Shown one piece after another: positions 37,420 through 48,249 of a DNA stretch of 64,000 bases; the first letter of the stretch is position 1; each line of letters opens with the position of its first letter. Under the pieces are notes generated by a model. The model worked only from the letters and a program-made list of their open reading frames with translations. It was not told the origin of the DNA and searched no databases. A program made the position numbers and the translations under genes. The DNA comes from Longimicrobiales bacterium (GTDB lineage: Bacteria > Gemmatimonadota > Gemmatimonadetes > Longimicrobiales > Gaopeijiaceae). The stretch spans positions 768,001 to 832,000 of the forward strand of contig CBDCNQ010000004.1 in NCBI GenBank assembly GCA_965219445.1, written 5' to 3'.

Positions 37420-38967
37420 CTAGGGTGCCCTCGTCCGGTCGGCGCCCGCCATCACCCGCACGATCTCGGACCGGTCCTCCTCGGAGGGAAAGCCCCATCC
37501 CGACCGGTACCCGAAAAGCTCCAGAAGCGTCGCGGATCCAAAGCGGCCATCCAGGATCTCGATCATGTCTGCCGACAGGAGCCCGGGATGGGCCACGCCG
37601 CTCGCGCGGCTCAGTTGCAGGATTTCCTTACGAAGCGTGATCACGTAGTTGGCCAGACGGGCGGCCTTCGACGTCGGATCCAAGCCCCGCACCAACCAAC
37701 GATTCTGGGTCGTCACTCCAGTGGGGCAGCGTCCAGTATGGCACCTCTGCGCCTGAATACATCCGATGGCCATCATCGCCTCACGCGCCACGTTGATCGT
37801 GTCGCACCCAAGCGCAAAGGCGACCATCGCGTTGACCGGCAGACCCAGTTTTCCCGACCCCATCAGGACCACATTCTCGTGGATCCCAGCTTCGGCGAGA
37901 ATGGGATACACACGGCTGAATCCGACCTTGAAGGGCAACGCTACATGATCCGAAAACGCGAGAGGTGCGGCTCCGGTCCCGCCCTCTCCCCCGTCGATGG
38001 AAATGAAGTCGACCCCCCGATCCTCCTTCGACATGAGGTTCGCCAACTCCTCCCAGAAGTGGTGCTCCCCGACCGCGGATTTGATGCCAATCGGTAGTCC
38101 CGTCGCATCGGCCAACATCTCCACGAAATCCAACATTTCATCGACGCCCCCGAAGGCGGAGTGCACCGCCGGACTGAACACGTCCTCTCCCACCGGAACG
38201 CCCCGAATCCGGGCGATCTCCCTCGTCACCTTGGCCCCCGGAAGTACTCCGCCAAGGCCGGGCTTGGCCCCCTGGCTGAGCTTGATTTCCACCGCACGCA
38301 CGGGACTCATTTCGACTTGGTCCAGGAACAAGTCCATGTCGAATCGACCCGCCTTCGTTCGGCAGCCGAAGTAGCCCGTCCCCAGCTGCCAGATCAAGTC
38401 ACCACCCTGAAAGTGATAAGGGGAGATGCCCCCTTCGCCTGTGTTTTGGAGGCAGCCCGCGATCCTGGCGCCCTGGTTCAAGGCGCTCACGGCGGCGCTC
38501 GACAGCGAGCCAAAGCTCATTCCAGAGATGTTCACCGCCGAATCGGGGCGGAAGGACCGTGCCCGCCCTCGGGCCCCACCCAGAACCTTCGCGCACGGAA
38601 GGGGATAGGTCTCGTCGGCTCCTGCCTGCCCGTACGCCTCACCTGCAGCACATCGGCCGGCACCCATGACCCTATGCTTGATGATGACGTAGTTGGACGT
38701 CCCTTCGACGTCGTTGTCCGTGCCGAAGCCGAAGTAGTTGTTCTCCTTCTTGCTCGAGGCGTAGACCCACCTCCGCTGGTCCCTCGAAAAGGGCAGCTCC
38801 TCGTCGTTGTCTGTAACGATGTACTGCCTCAACTCTGGGCCGACCGACTCCAAGATGTATCGGAAGTGGCCAATGATCGGAAAATTTCGAAGAATGGCGC
38901 GGCGTTTCTGGAGGACGTCATAGAGAACGACTGCCACCAACGCGAGTCCTACAACCCAAAGACCCAT
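37420..38967 (-). CDS. FMN-binding glutamate synthase family protein (stand-alone, N-terminal TM)
   Basis: RNFPIIGHFRY, SGMSFGSLS, NTGEGG, EIKLSQGAKPG.GG, DGGEGGTGAAP, GCIQAQRCH...CPTGVTTQ. Confidence 0.92.
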   Translation of the reverse strand: MGLWVVGLALVAVVLYDVLQKRRAILRNFPIIGHFRYILESVGPELRQYIVTDNDEELPFSRDQRRWVYASSKKENNYFGFGTDNDVEGTSNYVIIKHRVMGAGRCAAGEAYGQAGADETYPLPCAKVLGGARGRARSFRPDSAVNISGMSFGSLSSAAVSALNQGARIAGCLQNTGEGGISPYHFQGGDLIWQLGTGYFGCRTKAGRFDMDLFLDQVEMSPVRAVEIKLSQGAKPGLGGVLPGAKVTREIARIRGVPVGEDVFSPAVHSAFGGVDEMLDFVEMLADATGLPIGIKSAVGEHHFWEELANLMSKEDRGVDFISIDGGEGGTGAAPLAFSDHVALPFKVGFSRVYPILAEAGIHENVVLMGSGKLGLPVNAMVAFALGCDTINVAREAMMAIGCIQAQRCHTGRCPTGVTTQNRWLVRGLDPTSKAARLANYVITLRKEILQLSRASGVAHPGLLSADMIEILDGRFGSATLLELFGYRSGWGFPSEEDRSEIVRVMAGADRTRAP

Positions 38968-39147
38968 GGCATAATTCCTGTCGTGGTCAGTGAAATGAAC
39001 ACTTACTTCATACCGTCCTAACGGACCACCTACAAGGTCCCTCCGAACAATCCCGCTGGGCTCCAGGGAAGCCTCAGTGCATATTACGTAGAGGAGGAAC
39101 AAGATCGGAGTACCATGAACCTCATTTCCTGAGCCATCCTGTCATCC

Positions 39148-39684
39148 ATGGACGAGAAGCACGAGGAAGAGCGCAAGCCGATCAACTGGCCAGGATCCAG
39201 CGAATATGGGGATGCCCTAAAGGACATCCTGCAGGACCAGGCGCGTCGAACTGAACGTCGGGGTGCCGCGGGTCCGAAGTCCGGTCGGCCCCGTCTGCAC
39301 CCCTCCGTTCCCCCTGTCCTGGCTCTCGTGTCGGTTTGGCTTTGGGCCTTCCCACCTGCTGCACTAGGTCCAGAGGCGCCGACGATCCCGCTCGCTAATC
39401 AAGAGGCCGGTCTTCGCATGGAAATGTTCATACAGTTCAACAACATCCAGCGATATATGGCGGAGAATGGGCGCCTACCCAGCAACCTTGGGGAAGTGGG
39501 CGACAGTCCCGTTGCCCTGCAGTACGTTCCTCTGGGCGGGAATGTCTTTCGACTGAGCGGCCAGAGCGGGGACATCACGGTGGATTTCAACTCTACCGAT
39601 TCGGTAGAGGACCTCCTCGGCGACGCGATGGCGATCGTTTCCGGAGGCTCGCCGTCGGCTCCCAGAGAGGTACCGGCGATATGA
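39148..39684 (+). CDS. Hypothetical single-TM protein, pilin-like C-terminus
   Basis: One TM segment; Y..ENGRLP..L; ATGA overlap with the pilin gene. Confidence 0.65.
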   Translation: MDEKHEEERKPINWPGSSEYGDALKDILQDQARRTERRGAAGPKSGRPRLHPSVPPVLALVSVWLWAFPPAALGPEAPTIPLANQEAGLRMEMFIQFNNIQRYMAENGRLPSNLGEVGDSPVALQYVPLGGNVFRLSGQSGDITVDFNSTDSVEDLLGDAMAIVSGGSPSAPREVPAI

Positions 39685-40118
39685 TCAGGGGCACCACGAA
39701 GGACCGTAAGGGGTTGAGCCTGATCGAGCTCATCACCGTGATGGTCGTCATCAGCATCGTCGCTGCCATCGCAACGCCCATGCTCCGCGACGTCATTGTC
39801 AGGGCCCGGGCGGCGGATGCCATCAGCGACATGCAGCTCGTTCGGTTGGCCGCCTACAACTACCAGACGGATGAGCAGGCTTGGCCGTCCGAGGCGACTA
39901 GCGGCGTCGTTCCGTCGGGGCTCGAGGCGTACCTCCCGGAGGGCTTCGACCTCGTGACGAACAACTACACTCTGGACTTCGAGAATTGGGGCGGATCGCC
40001 CTTCATGGTCGGTGTCACCCTGATCACACCGGACACGACGTTCGGACGCACGGCACTGGGCATGCTGGCTTCACCCAAATGGAACGCGGGGGACAAGTAC
40101 ACCTGGGTGATCGAGTAA
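39681..40118 (+). CDS. Prepilin-type N-terminal cleavage/methylation protein (type IV pilin/T2SS pseudopilin)
   Basis: RKG|LSLIELITVMVVISIVAAIATP with E5. Confidence 0.88.
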   Translation: MIRGTTKDRKGLSLIELITVMVVISIVAAIATPMLRDVIVRARAADAISDMQLVRLAAYNYQTDEQAWPSEATSGVVPSGLEAYLPEGFDLVTNNYTLDFENWGGSPFMVGVTLITPDTTFGRTALGMLASPKWNAGDKYTWVIE

Positions 40119-40244
40119 CCCCCAAATGGCGGAGTCCTGCCACCCCAAACCGCCTGGTTAAGCCATCCGCACTACGTTCCTTTTGTCGCCCGTAGCGCGG
40201 GTGTGTAGTATGGGGAAACCAAGGGCATCTGAGACCGGCCACAC

Positions 40245-43200
40245 GTGAGCTTCGTCCACCTCCACACGCACTCTGAATACTCGCTCCTCGACGGAGCCAA
40301 TCGCCTCACCGACCTTGTCCGCCGGGCCAAGGAATACGAGATGCCCGGCCTCGCCCTCACCGACCACGGTTGTCTCTTCGGCGCCTGGGCCTTCCACAAG
40401 CTGGCCAGCAAAGACGGGATCAAGCCGATCATCGGCATGGAGGCGTACGTGGCGCCGAGCGATCGGCGGGACCGCTCCAAGGCCGGTCATGGAGAGCGAG
40501 CCTACTACCACCTCGTGCTCCTGGCCCGGGATATGGAGGGCTACAAGAACCTGGTAAAGCTGTCCTCCATCGGGTACACGGAGGGCTTCTACCACAAACC
40601 GAGGGTGGATCGGGAGGTCTTGGCGGCCCACGCCGGGGGACTGGTGGTCAGCTCGGCGTGTCTGGCGGGAGAGGTCGCTCGGCATCTTACGGCGGACAAC
40701 TGGGAGGGTGCCCGCGAGGCCGCCACTTGGTACGCGAACCTCTTCGAGGACCGGTATTACCTGGAGGTTCAGGCGCACGACTCCGAGGGGCAAGCAGATT
40801 TGAATCAGAAAATCTTCAAGCTCTCCGAGGAGACGGGCCTTCCCGTGATCGCCACCAACGACGCGCACTTTCTTCTGGCCGAGGATCACGAAGCGCACGA
40901 CGTCCTGCTGTGTATCGGACTCGGAAAAGACCGAAGCGACACGAGCCGTATGCGGTACGACGACGGTCTCTACTTCAAGAGCGCTCCCGAGATCGCCGAA
41001 CGCTTCCCGGATCGGCCGGACGTTCTCGAGAACACGTTGAAAATCGCCGACGACGTGAACCTCGGCTTCGAAAAGACCTACCACTTACCCGCGTTCCCGC
41101 TTCCCGACGACCACACGGACGAGAACGAATATCTCGTCTTTCTGGCCACGCAGGGGGCGGAGCGGCGCTATGGAGACGTCCTGCCCGCAGCGGTCCGGGA
41201 GCGCCTCGACTACGAGTTGAGAGTCATCACCGAAACGGGGTATGCCGGCTATTTCCTGATCACGTGGGATTTCATCGACTGGGCCCGGCGCCACGGCATT
41301 CCGGTGGGACCGGGCCGGGGTTCGGCCGCGGGGTCCATCGTCGCCTATTCCCTCTGGATCACCAATCTCGATCCTCTGGCCTTCGACTTACTCTTCGAGC
41401 GTTTTCTGAATCCCGAGCGGATTTCGATGCCGGACATCGACGTCGACTTCTGCTATGAACGGCGGGGCGAAGTCATCGAGTACGTGAAGGAGAAATACGG
41501 GAAGAGCGCCGTCGGGCAGATCATTACGTTCGGGACCATGAAGTCCCGCGCGGTGATCCGCGACGTCGGCCGAACCCTCGGGATGGAGCCGTCCGAAACC
41601 GACCGGATCGCCAAGATGATCCCCAACACACCGGGACAGGCCTTCACCGTCGAAGAGGCGATCAAGAAGCTCAAAGAGGTGAAGGACCTGTACGACGAGG
41701 GGGGCCGATACAAGCAACTCTTCGACTACTCCATGACGCTCGAGGGTCTTTCCCGGCACTCGTCGGTGCACGCCGCGGGCGTCGTGATCGCGCCGGGCCC
41801 GCTCGACGACTACGTGCCGGTCTGCATCCAAACGGGAAAGAACGGCTCGAACGGAGACGCCTCCGAGGCGATGCATGTCACGCAGTACGACATGAACTGT
41901 CTCGAAGATGCAGGTATGCTCAAGATGGATTTCCTGGGTCTCAAAACACTCACGGTCATCCACGACGCCGTGGAGGCGGTCGTGGCAAGGATCGGTGAGC
42001 TCCGGCACCCGGATACCGGTACCGTCTTCGAATCTATGGACGACGTTCCTCTGGACGACCCGTCCGTCTTCAAGATGCTCGCGAGAGGTGGGACGTCGGG
42101 CGTATTCCAGTTCGAATCGAGGTTGGCGATCGAAAAGCTCAGGGCCATGCGCTGTGACCGCTTTGATGACCTGGTGGCCACCAACGCGCTGATCCGCCCC
42201 GGTCCGCTCGACTCGGGCATGGCAGATGCTTATATCCGGCGGAAGACAGGCCGGGAAGAGGTCCGTTACGACCATCCCGACCTCCAGCCCATCCTCGAGC
42301 CCACGTATGGCATCATCGTCTACCAAGAGCAGGTGATGCGGATCGCGAACGTCCTGGGCGGCTACAACCTGGCCGAGGCCGATGTGCTCCGGAAAGCGAT
42401 GGGAAAGAAGATCGCCTCACTCATCCGGGCGGAGCTCCAGCAGTTCATCACGAAGGCCGTCGCCCGGGGCGTGGAGCAGCGCACGGCGGAGAACCTGGCG
42501 GAGCAGATCGAGACCTTCGGACGTTACGGCTTCAACCTGTCGCACTCCGCAGCGTACTCGGTAATCGCCTATCACACCGCCTGGCTGAAGGCGCACTACC
42601 CTGCGGAGTTCATGGCCGCCATGCTCTCGGCGGTCGTCTCCAACACCGACGACGTGGTCAAGTACATCGGAGAGTGCCGGGAACTCCCTCGCTATCTGCC
42701 GAAATTGGACGATGGCATCCAGGTCCTCCCGCCCAACGTGAACGAGTCGGGCTGGAAATTCACAGCGGTCGGTGAGACGCACATCCGCTTCGGCCTGGGT
42801 GCCATTCGGGGCGTGGGATCGAGCGGGGTCAAATCGATCCTCAGCGCGCGTGAAGCCGAGGGGCCCTTCAGCGCCATGTTCGAGTTCTTGGAGCGTGTCG
42901 ATCTCCGGGCCCTGAACAAGCGCGCCGTCGAAGCGCTCATCACGGCGGGAGCCCTGGATTCGTTCGGGTATCGCGCGCAGCTCGTGGCCGGGCTCGACGC
43001 CGCCTACTCGGAGATCAGCGCCCGAAAGGCCGAAGAAGAAGCAGGCCAGGCCTCTCTCTTCGGCACCGGAGACGCAACCCTCGAGCGCAAAGACCCCGGC
43101 CTTCCGAACGTCCCAAAATGGCCGGAGCAGGAGCTGTTGAAGAGAGAGAAGGAGGCCCTGGGTTTCTTTATTTCTGGCCACCCACTCGATCGGTTTGCCG

Positions 43201-43811
43201 AGGTCGTGCGGGCCTTCGATGGCGTGAACACAGCGAATTTGAAGGAACATCTCGGACGGCCGCTCGAGCTGGCCTGCGTCGTGACCAAGGTCCAAAGGCA
43301 GATCTCACGCCGTGACAACTCCGAGTGGGGTAAGATCACGGTAGAGGATTTTCACGGTACGGCCACGGCCCTCGCCTTCAAGGACAACTGGCAGAAGTAC
43401 AAGGAGACGCTTCAACAGGACGCGGTGGTGCTCATCTCCGGAAAGGTGAGCGGACGGGAGCGCGACGAGGAAGACCCACCGGTTTTCCTCGACGAGGCCG
43501 TTCTACTAGAGGGCGTTCCCAACAGCGGCCAGCTCGCCCTTCAGATCGAGTTGTCGGTAGGCGCGGAGCTGGACGACGACGTCTTCGCCAGAGCCAAGGA
43601 GGTCTTGGCCGCTCACCCCGGAACGGCCCCCGTCGAGCTCATCTTGGGCAACGACAACGGGGTTGCGGCACCAGTCCTGCGGTCACGGACGCTCAAGACG
43701 GACCCCAGCCACGACACCATTGAGGCGCTGCAGGAGATGTTCGGGAAGGCTCGGGTACGCTTGGTGAGGGTCGCGGATGGAAGGAGCGTGCCGGATCCAG
43801 AGGCGTACTAG
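40245..43811 (+). CDS. dnaE: DNA polymerase III alpha subunit
   Basis: FVHLHTHSEYSLLDG, GPGRGSAAGS, FERFLNPER.SMPDIDVDF, KMDFLGL, GVFQFES, YQEQVM, YGFNLSHSAAY. Confidence 0.98.
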   Translation: MSFVHLHTHSEYSLLDGANRLTDLVRRAKEYEMPGLALTDHGCLFGAWAFHKLASKDGIKPIIGMEAYVAPSDRRDRSKAGHGERAYYHLVLLARDMEGYKNLVKLSSIGYTEGFYHKPRVDREVLAAHAGGLVVSSACLAGEVARHLTADNWEGAREAATWYANLFEDRYYLEVQAHDSEGQADLNQKIFKLSEETGLPVIATNDAHFLLAEDHEAHDVLLCIGLGKDRSDTSRMRYDDGLYFKSAPEIAERFPDRPDVLENTLKIADDVNLGFEKTYHLPAFPLPDDHTDENEYLVFLATQGAERRYGDVLPAAVRERLDYELRVITETGYAGYFLITWDFIDWARRHGIPVGPGRGSAAGSIVAYSLWITNLDPLAFDLLFERFLNPERISMPDIDVDFCYERRGEVIEYVKEKYGKSAVGQIITFGTMKSRAVIRDVGRTLGMEPSETDRIAKMIPNTPGQAFTVEEAIKKLKEVKDLYDEGGRYKQLFDYSMTLEGLSRHSSVHAAGVVIAPGPLDDYVPVCIQTGKNGSNGDASEAMHVTQYDMNCLEDAGMLKMDFLGLKTLTVIHDAVEAVVARIGELRHPDTGTVFESMDDVPLDDPSVFKMLARGGTSGVFQFESRLAIEKLRAMRCDRFDDLVATNALIRPGPLDSGMADAYIRRKTGREEVRYDHPDLQPILEPTYGIIVYQEQVMRIANVLGGYNLAEADVLRKAMGKKIASLIRAELQQFITKAVARGVEQRTAENLAEQIETFGRYGFNLSHSAAYSVIAYHTAWLKAHYPAEFMAAMLSAVVSNTDDVVKYIGECRELPRYLPKLDDGIQVLPPNVNESGWKFTAVGETHIRFGLGAIRGVGSSGVKSILSAREAEGPFSAMFEFLERVDLRALNKRAVEALITAGALDSFGYRAQLVAGLDAAYSEISARKAEEEAGQASLFGTGDATLERKDPGLPNVPKWPEQELLKREKEALGFFISGHPLDRFAEVVRAFDGVNTANLKEHLGRPLELACVVTKVQRQISRRDNSEWGKITVEDFHGTATALAFKDNWQKYKETLQQDAVVLISGKVSGRERDEEDPPVFLDEAVLLEGVPNSGQLALQIELSVGAELDDDVFARAKEVLAAHPGTAPVELILGNDNGVAAPVLRSRTLKTDPSHDTIEALQEMFGKARVRLVRVADGRSVPDPEAY

Positions 43812-43838
43812 AAGGCCCTTCAACGGGTCGCGCATCCC

Positions 43839-45086
43839 ATGATCACGATCACCCCGGTCCGCCGCGCGCTCATCCCCGTCGATTCGTCTGCGGCCGCCCG
43901 TATCAGTGCCCCCAACTACGACGAGTTCCAGAGCGATCACGAGATTTGGGACTGCCTTCAGGACAGTCCCATGAGTGTGCTACGTGTGACCATGGCTCAT
44001 TGCCACGCGAGCTCCCCCGATGCGATGGGCCTCGGCGATTCGCCAGATGCTCTGGCCAAGGCGGGCGTCAATATGGAGGAGCTCAAGGCGAGTGAACTCA
44101 CGCAGGAGGTGCACGACATCCTCTGGGTCTACGAGATCGAAGACCCCAGCCGCCCGGATGTTCGCCAGATCGGTCTGGGCGGGATGGCTCGGACCGACGA
44201 GATCCGGACCGACGCGACCCCCCGAGGGACCATCATCCGGAACGAGGGAGTCCGTGGGCCGAAGGCACGCGGCCGGGCCGACTTGATCCAGGCCACTCAT
44301 GCGATCATCGGCATCGTGAACAACGGAGTCGACGACGCGTCGGGCGGGTTCCAGAGCCACTTGGAGGCACACGCGGACGGCACTCCGCCTGACTTCGAGG
44401 TTGTCGATCGACACGCGAACCGACACCGCGTTTGGATCGTCCTCGACGGGGGGGCCATCGAGCGGTTCCAGACGCTCCTCACGGAGGAGCCACAGGCGTA
44501 CGTGGCTGATGGGAATCACCGGAGCGCGGCCGCGGCCATGCTCGGATGCGAGCACTTTCTGAGCGTCTTCTTCCCAACTCGCACGATGGGTATCCGGCCG
44601 TACAACCGGCTCGTGCGGGCCTCAGCGCCTCCGTCGGATCTGCTCACGGGCGCAATCGAGGAGAAGTTCGGAGTCGATACACCCGACGAGGCGGGCCCCT
44701 ACCAGCCTACCGAGACCCATGACATCGGGCTCTACACCGCCGACCATGGCTGGCTGCGTCTAAGACCGATTCCGGGGACGTTCGATCCGGACAACGCGGC
44801 CGAAGCCATCGATTACGGCATCGTCCAAAGGAACCTCTTTGCGCACGCCTTAGGGATCGCAGACGCTGGCGACGACCGGCTCACCTTTGTCGGCAGTAAC
44901 AGGGATGCGACGTGGCTGCAACGGGAGGTGGACGAAGGGAGGGCGGCGTACGCAGTAACGCTCGCGGCGGTCACCATGGACGAATTCATCGAAGTGTGCC
45001 GCCAGAACCGGCAAATGCCACCCAAATCGACCTGGTTCGAGCCGAAGGTACGGAGCGGGCTGGTGATGGCGTTGCTGGACGTATAG
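43839..45086 (+). CDS. DUF1015 family protein
   Basis: PNYD, YVADGNHRSA, PYNRLV, MPPKSTWFEPK.RSGL. Confidence 0.88.
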   Translation: MITITPVRRALIPVDSSAAARISAPNYDEFQSDHEIWDCLQDSPMSVLRVTMAHCHASSPDAMGLGDSPDALAKAGVNMEELKASELTQEVHDILWVYEIEDPSRPDVRQIGLGGMARTDEIRTDATPRGTIIRNEGVRGPKARGRADLIQATHAIIGIVNNGVDDASGGFQSHLEAHADGTPPDFEVVDRHANRHRVWIVLDGGAIERFQTLLTEEPQAYVADGNHRSAAAAMLGCEHFLSVFFPTRTMGIRPYNRLVRASAPPSDLLTGAIEEKFGVDTPDEAGPYQPTETHDIGLYTADHGWLRLRPIPGTFDPDNAAEAIDYGIVQRNLFAHALGIADAGDDRLTFVGSNRDATWLQREVDEGRAAYAVTLAAVTMDEFIEVCRQNRQMPPKSTWFEPKVRSGLVMALLDV

Positions 45087-45128
45087 AGAGGCGCGGTTGA
45101 GAAGTGCAGCGGGCCTCTCAGCGGGCCT

Positions 45129-47264
45129 CTAGGTAACCTCTGCGACGAGACGGGGCTCAGGACCACCACGTATCGGCGCCTCGGCGACCTGAGGGGCCGC
45201 TGTCCGTGAGCGGATCAGGAACGCACCGAGGTAGGCCACGATCGCGATCAAGGTCAGAGCCTTGAGACCCAGTGACATCGAGAAGAACTCCATAAGGCCC
45301 CCAGCCACTGCCCCCAGTAGATTCCACCCGAAGGCGATGTCCGCTGCTGGACGGACGCGGAAGCGCAGGGCAAAGCACACGGAGGCGAAGAAAATCGGAC
45401 CGCCGACCATGAGAACGGACAGCATTAGGCGAACGGCCGTGGAGCGTCCGACCAAGGCTTCCGTCGGAACCAAATAGGTGGCGAACAGCGCAAGAACGAG
45501 CCCGGTGCTTGCCCAAGCCCAGGGAAGGGGACGCAACGCCATGAGCACGGTTCCGACCAAGATCGTCGCCAGGATGGCCCCGAATACTACCGCACTCGTG
45601 AGCCATGTGGCCCCCCAGGCCAGATTCATCGTGGTCACGAACTTGGTCTCGATCAGGAGAAACGCGAGACCGAAGAGAAGCATCTCCCAGTCCACCTCAC
45701 CCCGCTGGAGCAGCCCCTCGCGCATCTCACGAGAACTCACCAGGACCCCGACGACGGCGATGATGAGGAAAATGGCCATGAGCGACAGATAGAACCCGCT
45801 GATCCCCCTTTCTTCGAGGTACAGATAGGGCCAATCGTCCGTGGGAAGATCCAGCGACGGGAGGGTCACGTTGTAGTAGTCGTCGACTTCCTCGGGCGTC
45901 GGCTGCGAAAGATGGGCAAAGGCGGGCCCTGACGCGAAGATCGTGTTGAAGAGGGCGTAGTCGTTGATATGAACCGCTGGAAGAGCCTCGAAACTACTAG
46001 CAAGGATGCCAACGAGATGGTCGTGGATATATTGCTCCCCGATCATGAAATACAGGACGAGCCCTCCTTCGGGAGTCAGGCGTGAGGCGGCCGCATCGAT
46101 CGCCTCCCTCGTATAGACGAAGTTGTCGAGGCGCACGCTCGAGAGGGCGGACAGGCGGGTCATCGAGTCCAGAGTCCCGAATACGATCAGGTCGTATGTG
46201 TACTCGGTGTCCCTCAGAAAGGCGCGCCCATCCTGATTGAACACTTTGACCCTATCCGAGTCATACGGGCGGTTCGGATGGTTTCGTCCCATCCGGAGAA
46301 TCACCGGGTCGATCTCGACGGCGTGAACCTCCGAGAATCCCTCGTCCAGCAACATCGCCACGTCGTTGCCGGTGCCCGCTCCCAGGACGAGGGCTCTCCC
46401 CCGCGGGCCCATCATCTGCTGGACGGGCAGGTGATATCCTGTACGCGTGAGCGAGTATGCACCGTCATCCCCGGAGGACGGTTGTACGAGGCTAAGCGCA
46501 CGCTGGTGGAGGGAGCCGTTGGCGACTACCGCAAACCCGGCCTCAACAGGCGTGGGTACCGAGGCCAGGGCATAATACGGACTGTAATCCGTCGCCGGCT
46601 CGGTTCGCTGCACGGCCACCACGATGGCTATCATCGCCACACCGTAGTACACCCAGAGCTGCTTCTTGTCTGCGATCACTAAAAGCCCCACGAGTCCGAC
46701 TACGGCGAACCACGTCACCGGCCACGCTCCAATGAACGACACGATGGCGAACCCGATGACCCCGAGGAGGGATCCAAACAGATCGAGGCTGTAGCCCCAA
46801 AGGGAACTCGACTCGCGACGAAAACGATCGAGCCGCTCACCGACGAACTGTCCCAGCGGCACGAAGGAACTCGCCGAAAGTACGAAGAGCAGGATGATCG
46901 GCAGACGGATACCATCGATGACGAGGGCGTCAGGTCCGAGGTCGTAGTACAGCAGCCAGAGATGCTCGCTCACCGAGTCGGCGGTAAAGGCGATCCTGCT
47001 CAAACCGATCGCCACCCCGACCACGAGCGCCAATAGGAGGGGCCAAAGCCAGAGCATCGACTTCTTTCTTCCCCTCAGAGCTCCGATTCCCAACCCGAGA
47101 AAGGAGCTGATCAGGATAAGATTTGGGAAGTACGCGATGACCCGGACCTGAGCCGGGAGCCAACGAATGAGCGCCAACTCTTGGAACAAGACCACGAAGG
47201 AGGCCGCCGCGATCTCGAGGCCGGCGCGACGCAACGTTGTCGAGGAATGTTTCATGTCCCTCAA
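45129..47264 (-). CDS. Membrane-embedded spermidine-synthase-like SAM-dependent transferase
   Basis: TM blocks flank a class I SAM domain: YSPY, LVLGAGTGND, AVEIDP, DGRAFL, YDLIVF, PTDDWPYLY. Confidence 0.82.
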   Translation of the reverse strand: MRDMKHSSTTLRRAGLEIAAASFVVLFQELALIRWLPAQVRVIAYFPNLILISSFLGLGIGALRGRKKSMLWLWPLLLALVVGVAIGLSRIAFTADSVSEHLWLLYYDLGPDALVIDGIRLPIILLFVLSASSFVPLGQFVGERLDRFRRESSSLWGYSLDLFGSLLGVIGFAIVSFIGAWPVTWFAVVGLVGLLVIADKKQLWVYYGVAMIAIVVAVQRTEPATDYSPYYALASVPTPVEAGFAVVANGSLHQRALSLVQPSSGDDGAYSLTRTGYHLPVQQMMGPRGRALVLGAGTGNDVAMLLDEGFSEVHAVEIDPVILRMGRNHPNRPYDSDRVKVFNQDGRAFLRDTEYTYDLIVFGTLDSMTRLSALSSVRLDNFVYTREAIDAAASRLTPEGGLVLYFMIGEQYIHDHLVGILASSFEALPAVHINDYALFNTIFASGPAFAHLSQPTPEEVDDYYNVTLPSLDLPTDDWPYLYLEERGISGFYLSLMAIFLIIAVVGVLVSSREMREGLLQRGEVDWEMLLFGLAFLLIETKFVTTMNLAWGATWLTSAVVFGAILATILVGTVLMALRPLPWAWASTGLVLALFATYLVPTEALVGRSTAVRLMLSVLMVGGPIFFASVCFALRFRVRPAADIAFGWNLLGAVAGGLMEFFSMSLGLKALTLIAIVAYLGAFLIRSRTAAPQVAEAPIRGGPEPRLVAEVT

Positions 47265-47337
47265 ATATTCCCCACAACGGAGCAGGCCATCAAGCTATTT
47301 CTACCGAAGCCTACCGTGTCCCCGCACCTATGGCGAT

Positions 47338-47757
47338 TTAGCTGTGTGTACCCTCTGGGCGGTCGCTGTCATCTTGCATGCCGATCGGGGCATCCGGTCC
47401 GGGGGGTCCGTCTTCGGTCTCGCTCGGACGCTCGCCCAGCTGAGGTTGGACGGCCGCGTAGAGCCGCTTCCCCTCCGACGCTTCGCGAGTTCGGCTACCA
47501 TCCCGGACCTTCAGCAGGTGGACCGTGGACGAAACAGCCACCAAGACCGCCGTAACGAGCCCCAACCGAGAGGCGGCCTCCAACGATCCCGACCCGGGAA
47601 GTGACACAACCATCAACACCAATCCCGAGATTCCCTCCAGCACCGCGAGGGCGACACCCAAGAGGGCCGTAACACGGGCGCGGCTCTTTAACACCGCGGA
47701 GAGAACGGCAAACGCCCCGAAAAGGAAAAGGAGAATGAGCGGCAGGAGATCTCTCAC
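47338..47757 (-). CDS. Hypothetical membrane protein (3 TM)
   Basis: Three hydrophobic segments and a charged tail; same strand as the downstream transferase. Confidence 0.6.
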   Translation of the reverse strand: MRDLLPLILLFLFGAFAVLSAVLKSRARVTALLGVALAVLEGISGLVLMVVSLPGSGSLEAASRLGLVTAVLVAVSSTVHLLKVRDGSRTREASEGKRLYAAVQPQLGERPSETEDGPPGPDAPIGMQDDSDRPEGTHS

Positions 47758-47951
47758 GGTAGCTCGCAGGCCGTTGGCAACGGAGGATTCATCTCACAGT
47801 TCTGCTCGAACAGACTTTTAGTACGACGACGTGCGAGTTCGGTTCCGCCCCTTCAGGACTCGAGAGCAAGCGCCCACGCAGCCATCCAGAACGAGTTGTC
47901 ATGGAGCCGGCCTTGCCACACCTCGGTCATGCAGCCCAAACTACCCCCGCC

Positions 47952-48239
47952 ATGACACATCCTCCTGACCCTCGCACCGGCTCCAGTCGAAGCTACTGGC
48001 GCAAGAATCTCACGTACGTGAGCACTCTGCTGGTGGTCTGGTTCGGAATTTCGTACGGCGCGGGAATCTTGCTCGTCGAGCCGTTGAACCGTTTCCGCTT
48101 GCCCGGAACCGGCTTCCCGCTCGGGTTCTGGTTCGCGCAGCAGGGCTCCATCTACGTTTTTGTCGGCCTGATCTTCGTTTACGTGTACCTCATGAACCGC
48201 CTCGACCGTGAGTTCGGAGTCCACGAGGACGCGGAGTGA
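47952..48239 (+). CDS. DUF4212 / solute symporter small subunit
   Basis: YWRKNL...LLVVWF, GFPLGFWFAQQGSI, MNRLDREFGV. Confidence 0.9.
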   Translation: MTHPPDPRTGSSRSYWRKNLTYVSTLLVVWFGISYGAGILLVEPLNRFRLPGTGFPLGFWFAQQGSIYVFVGLIFVYVYLMNRLDREFGVHEDAE

Positions 48240-48249
48240 GGGGGGATCG

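Noticed and set aside
40245..43811. Intein or split in dnaE
   Set aside because: Normal length with continuous motifs and no intein signatures.
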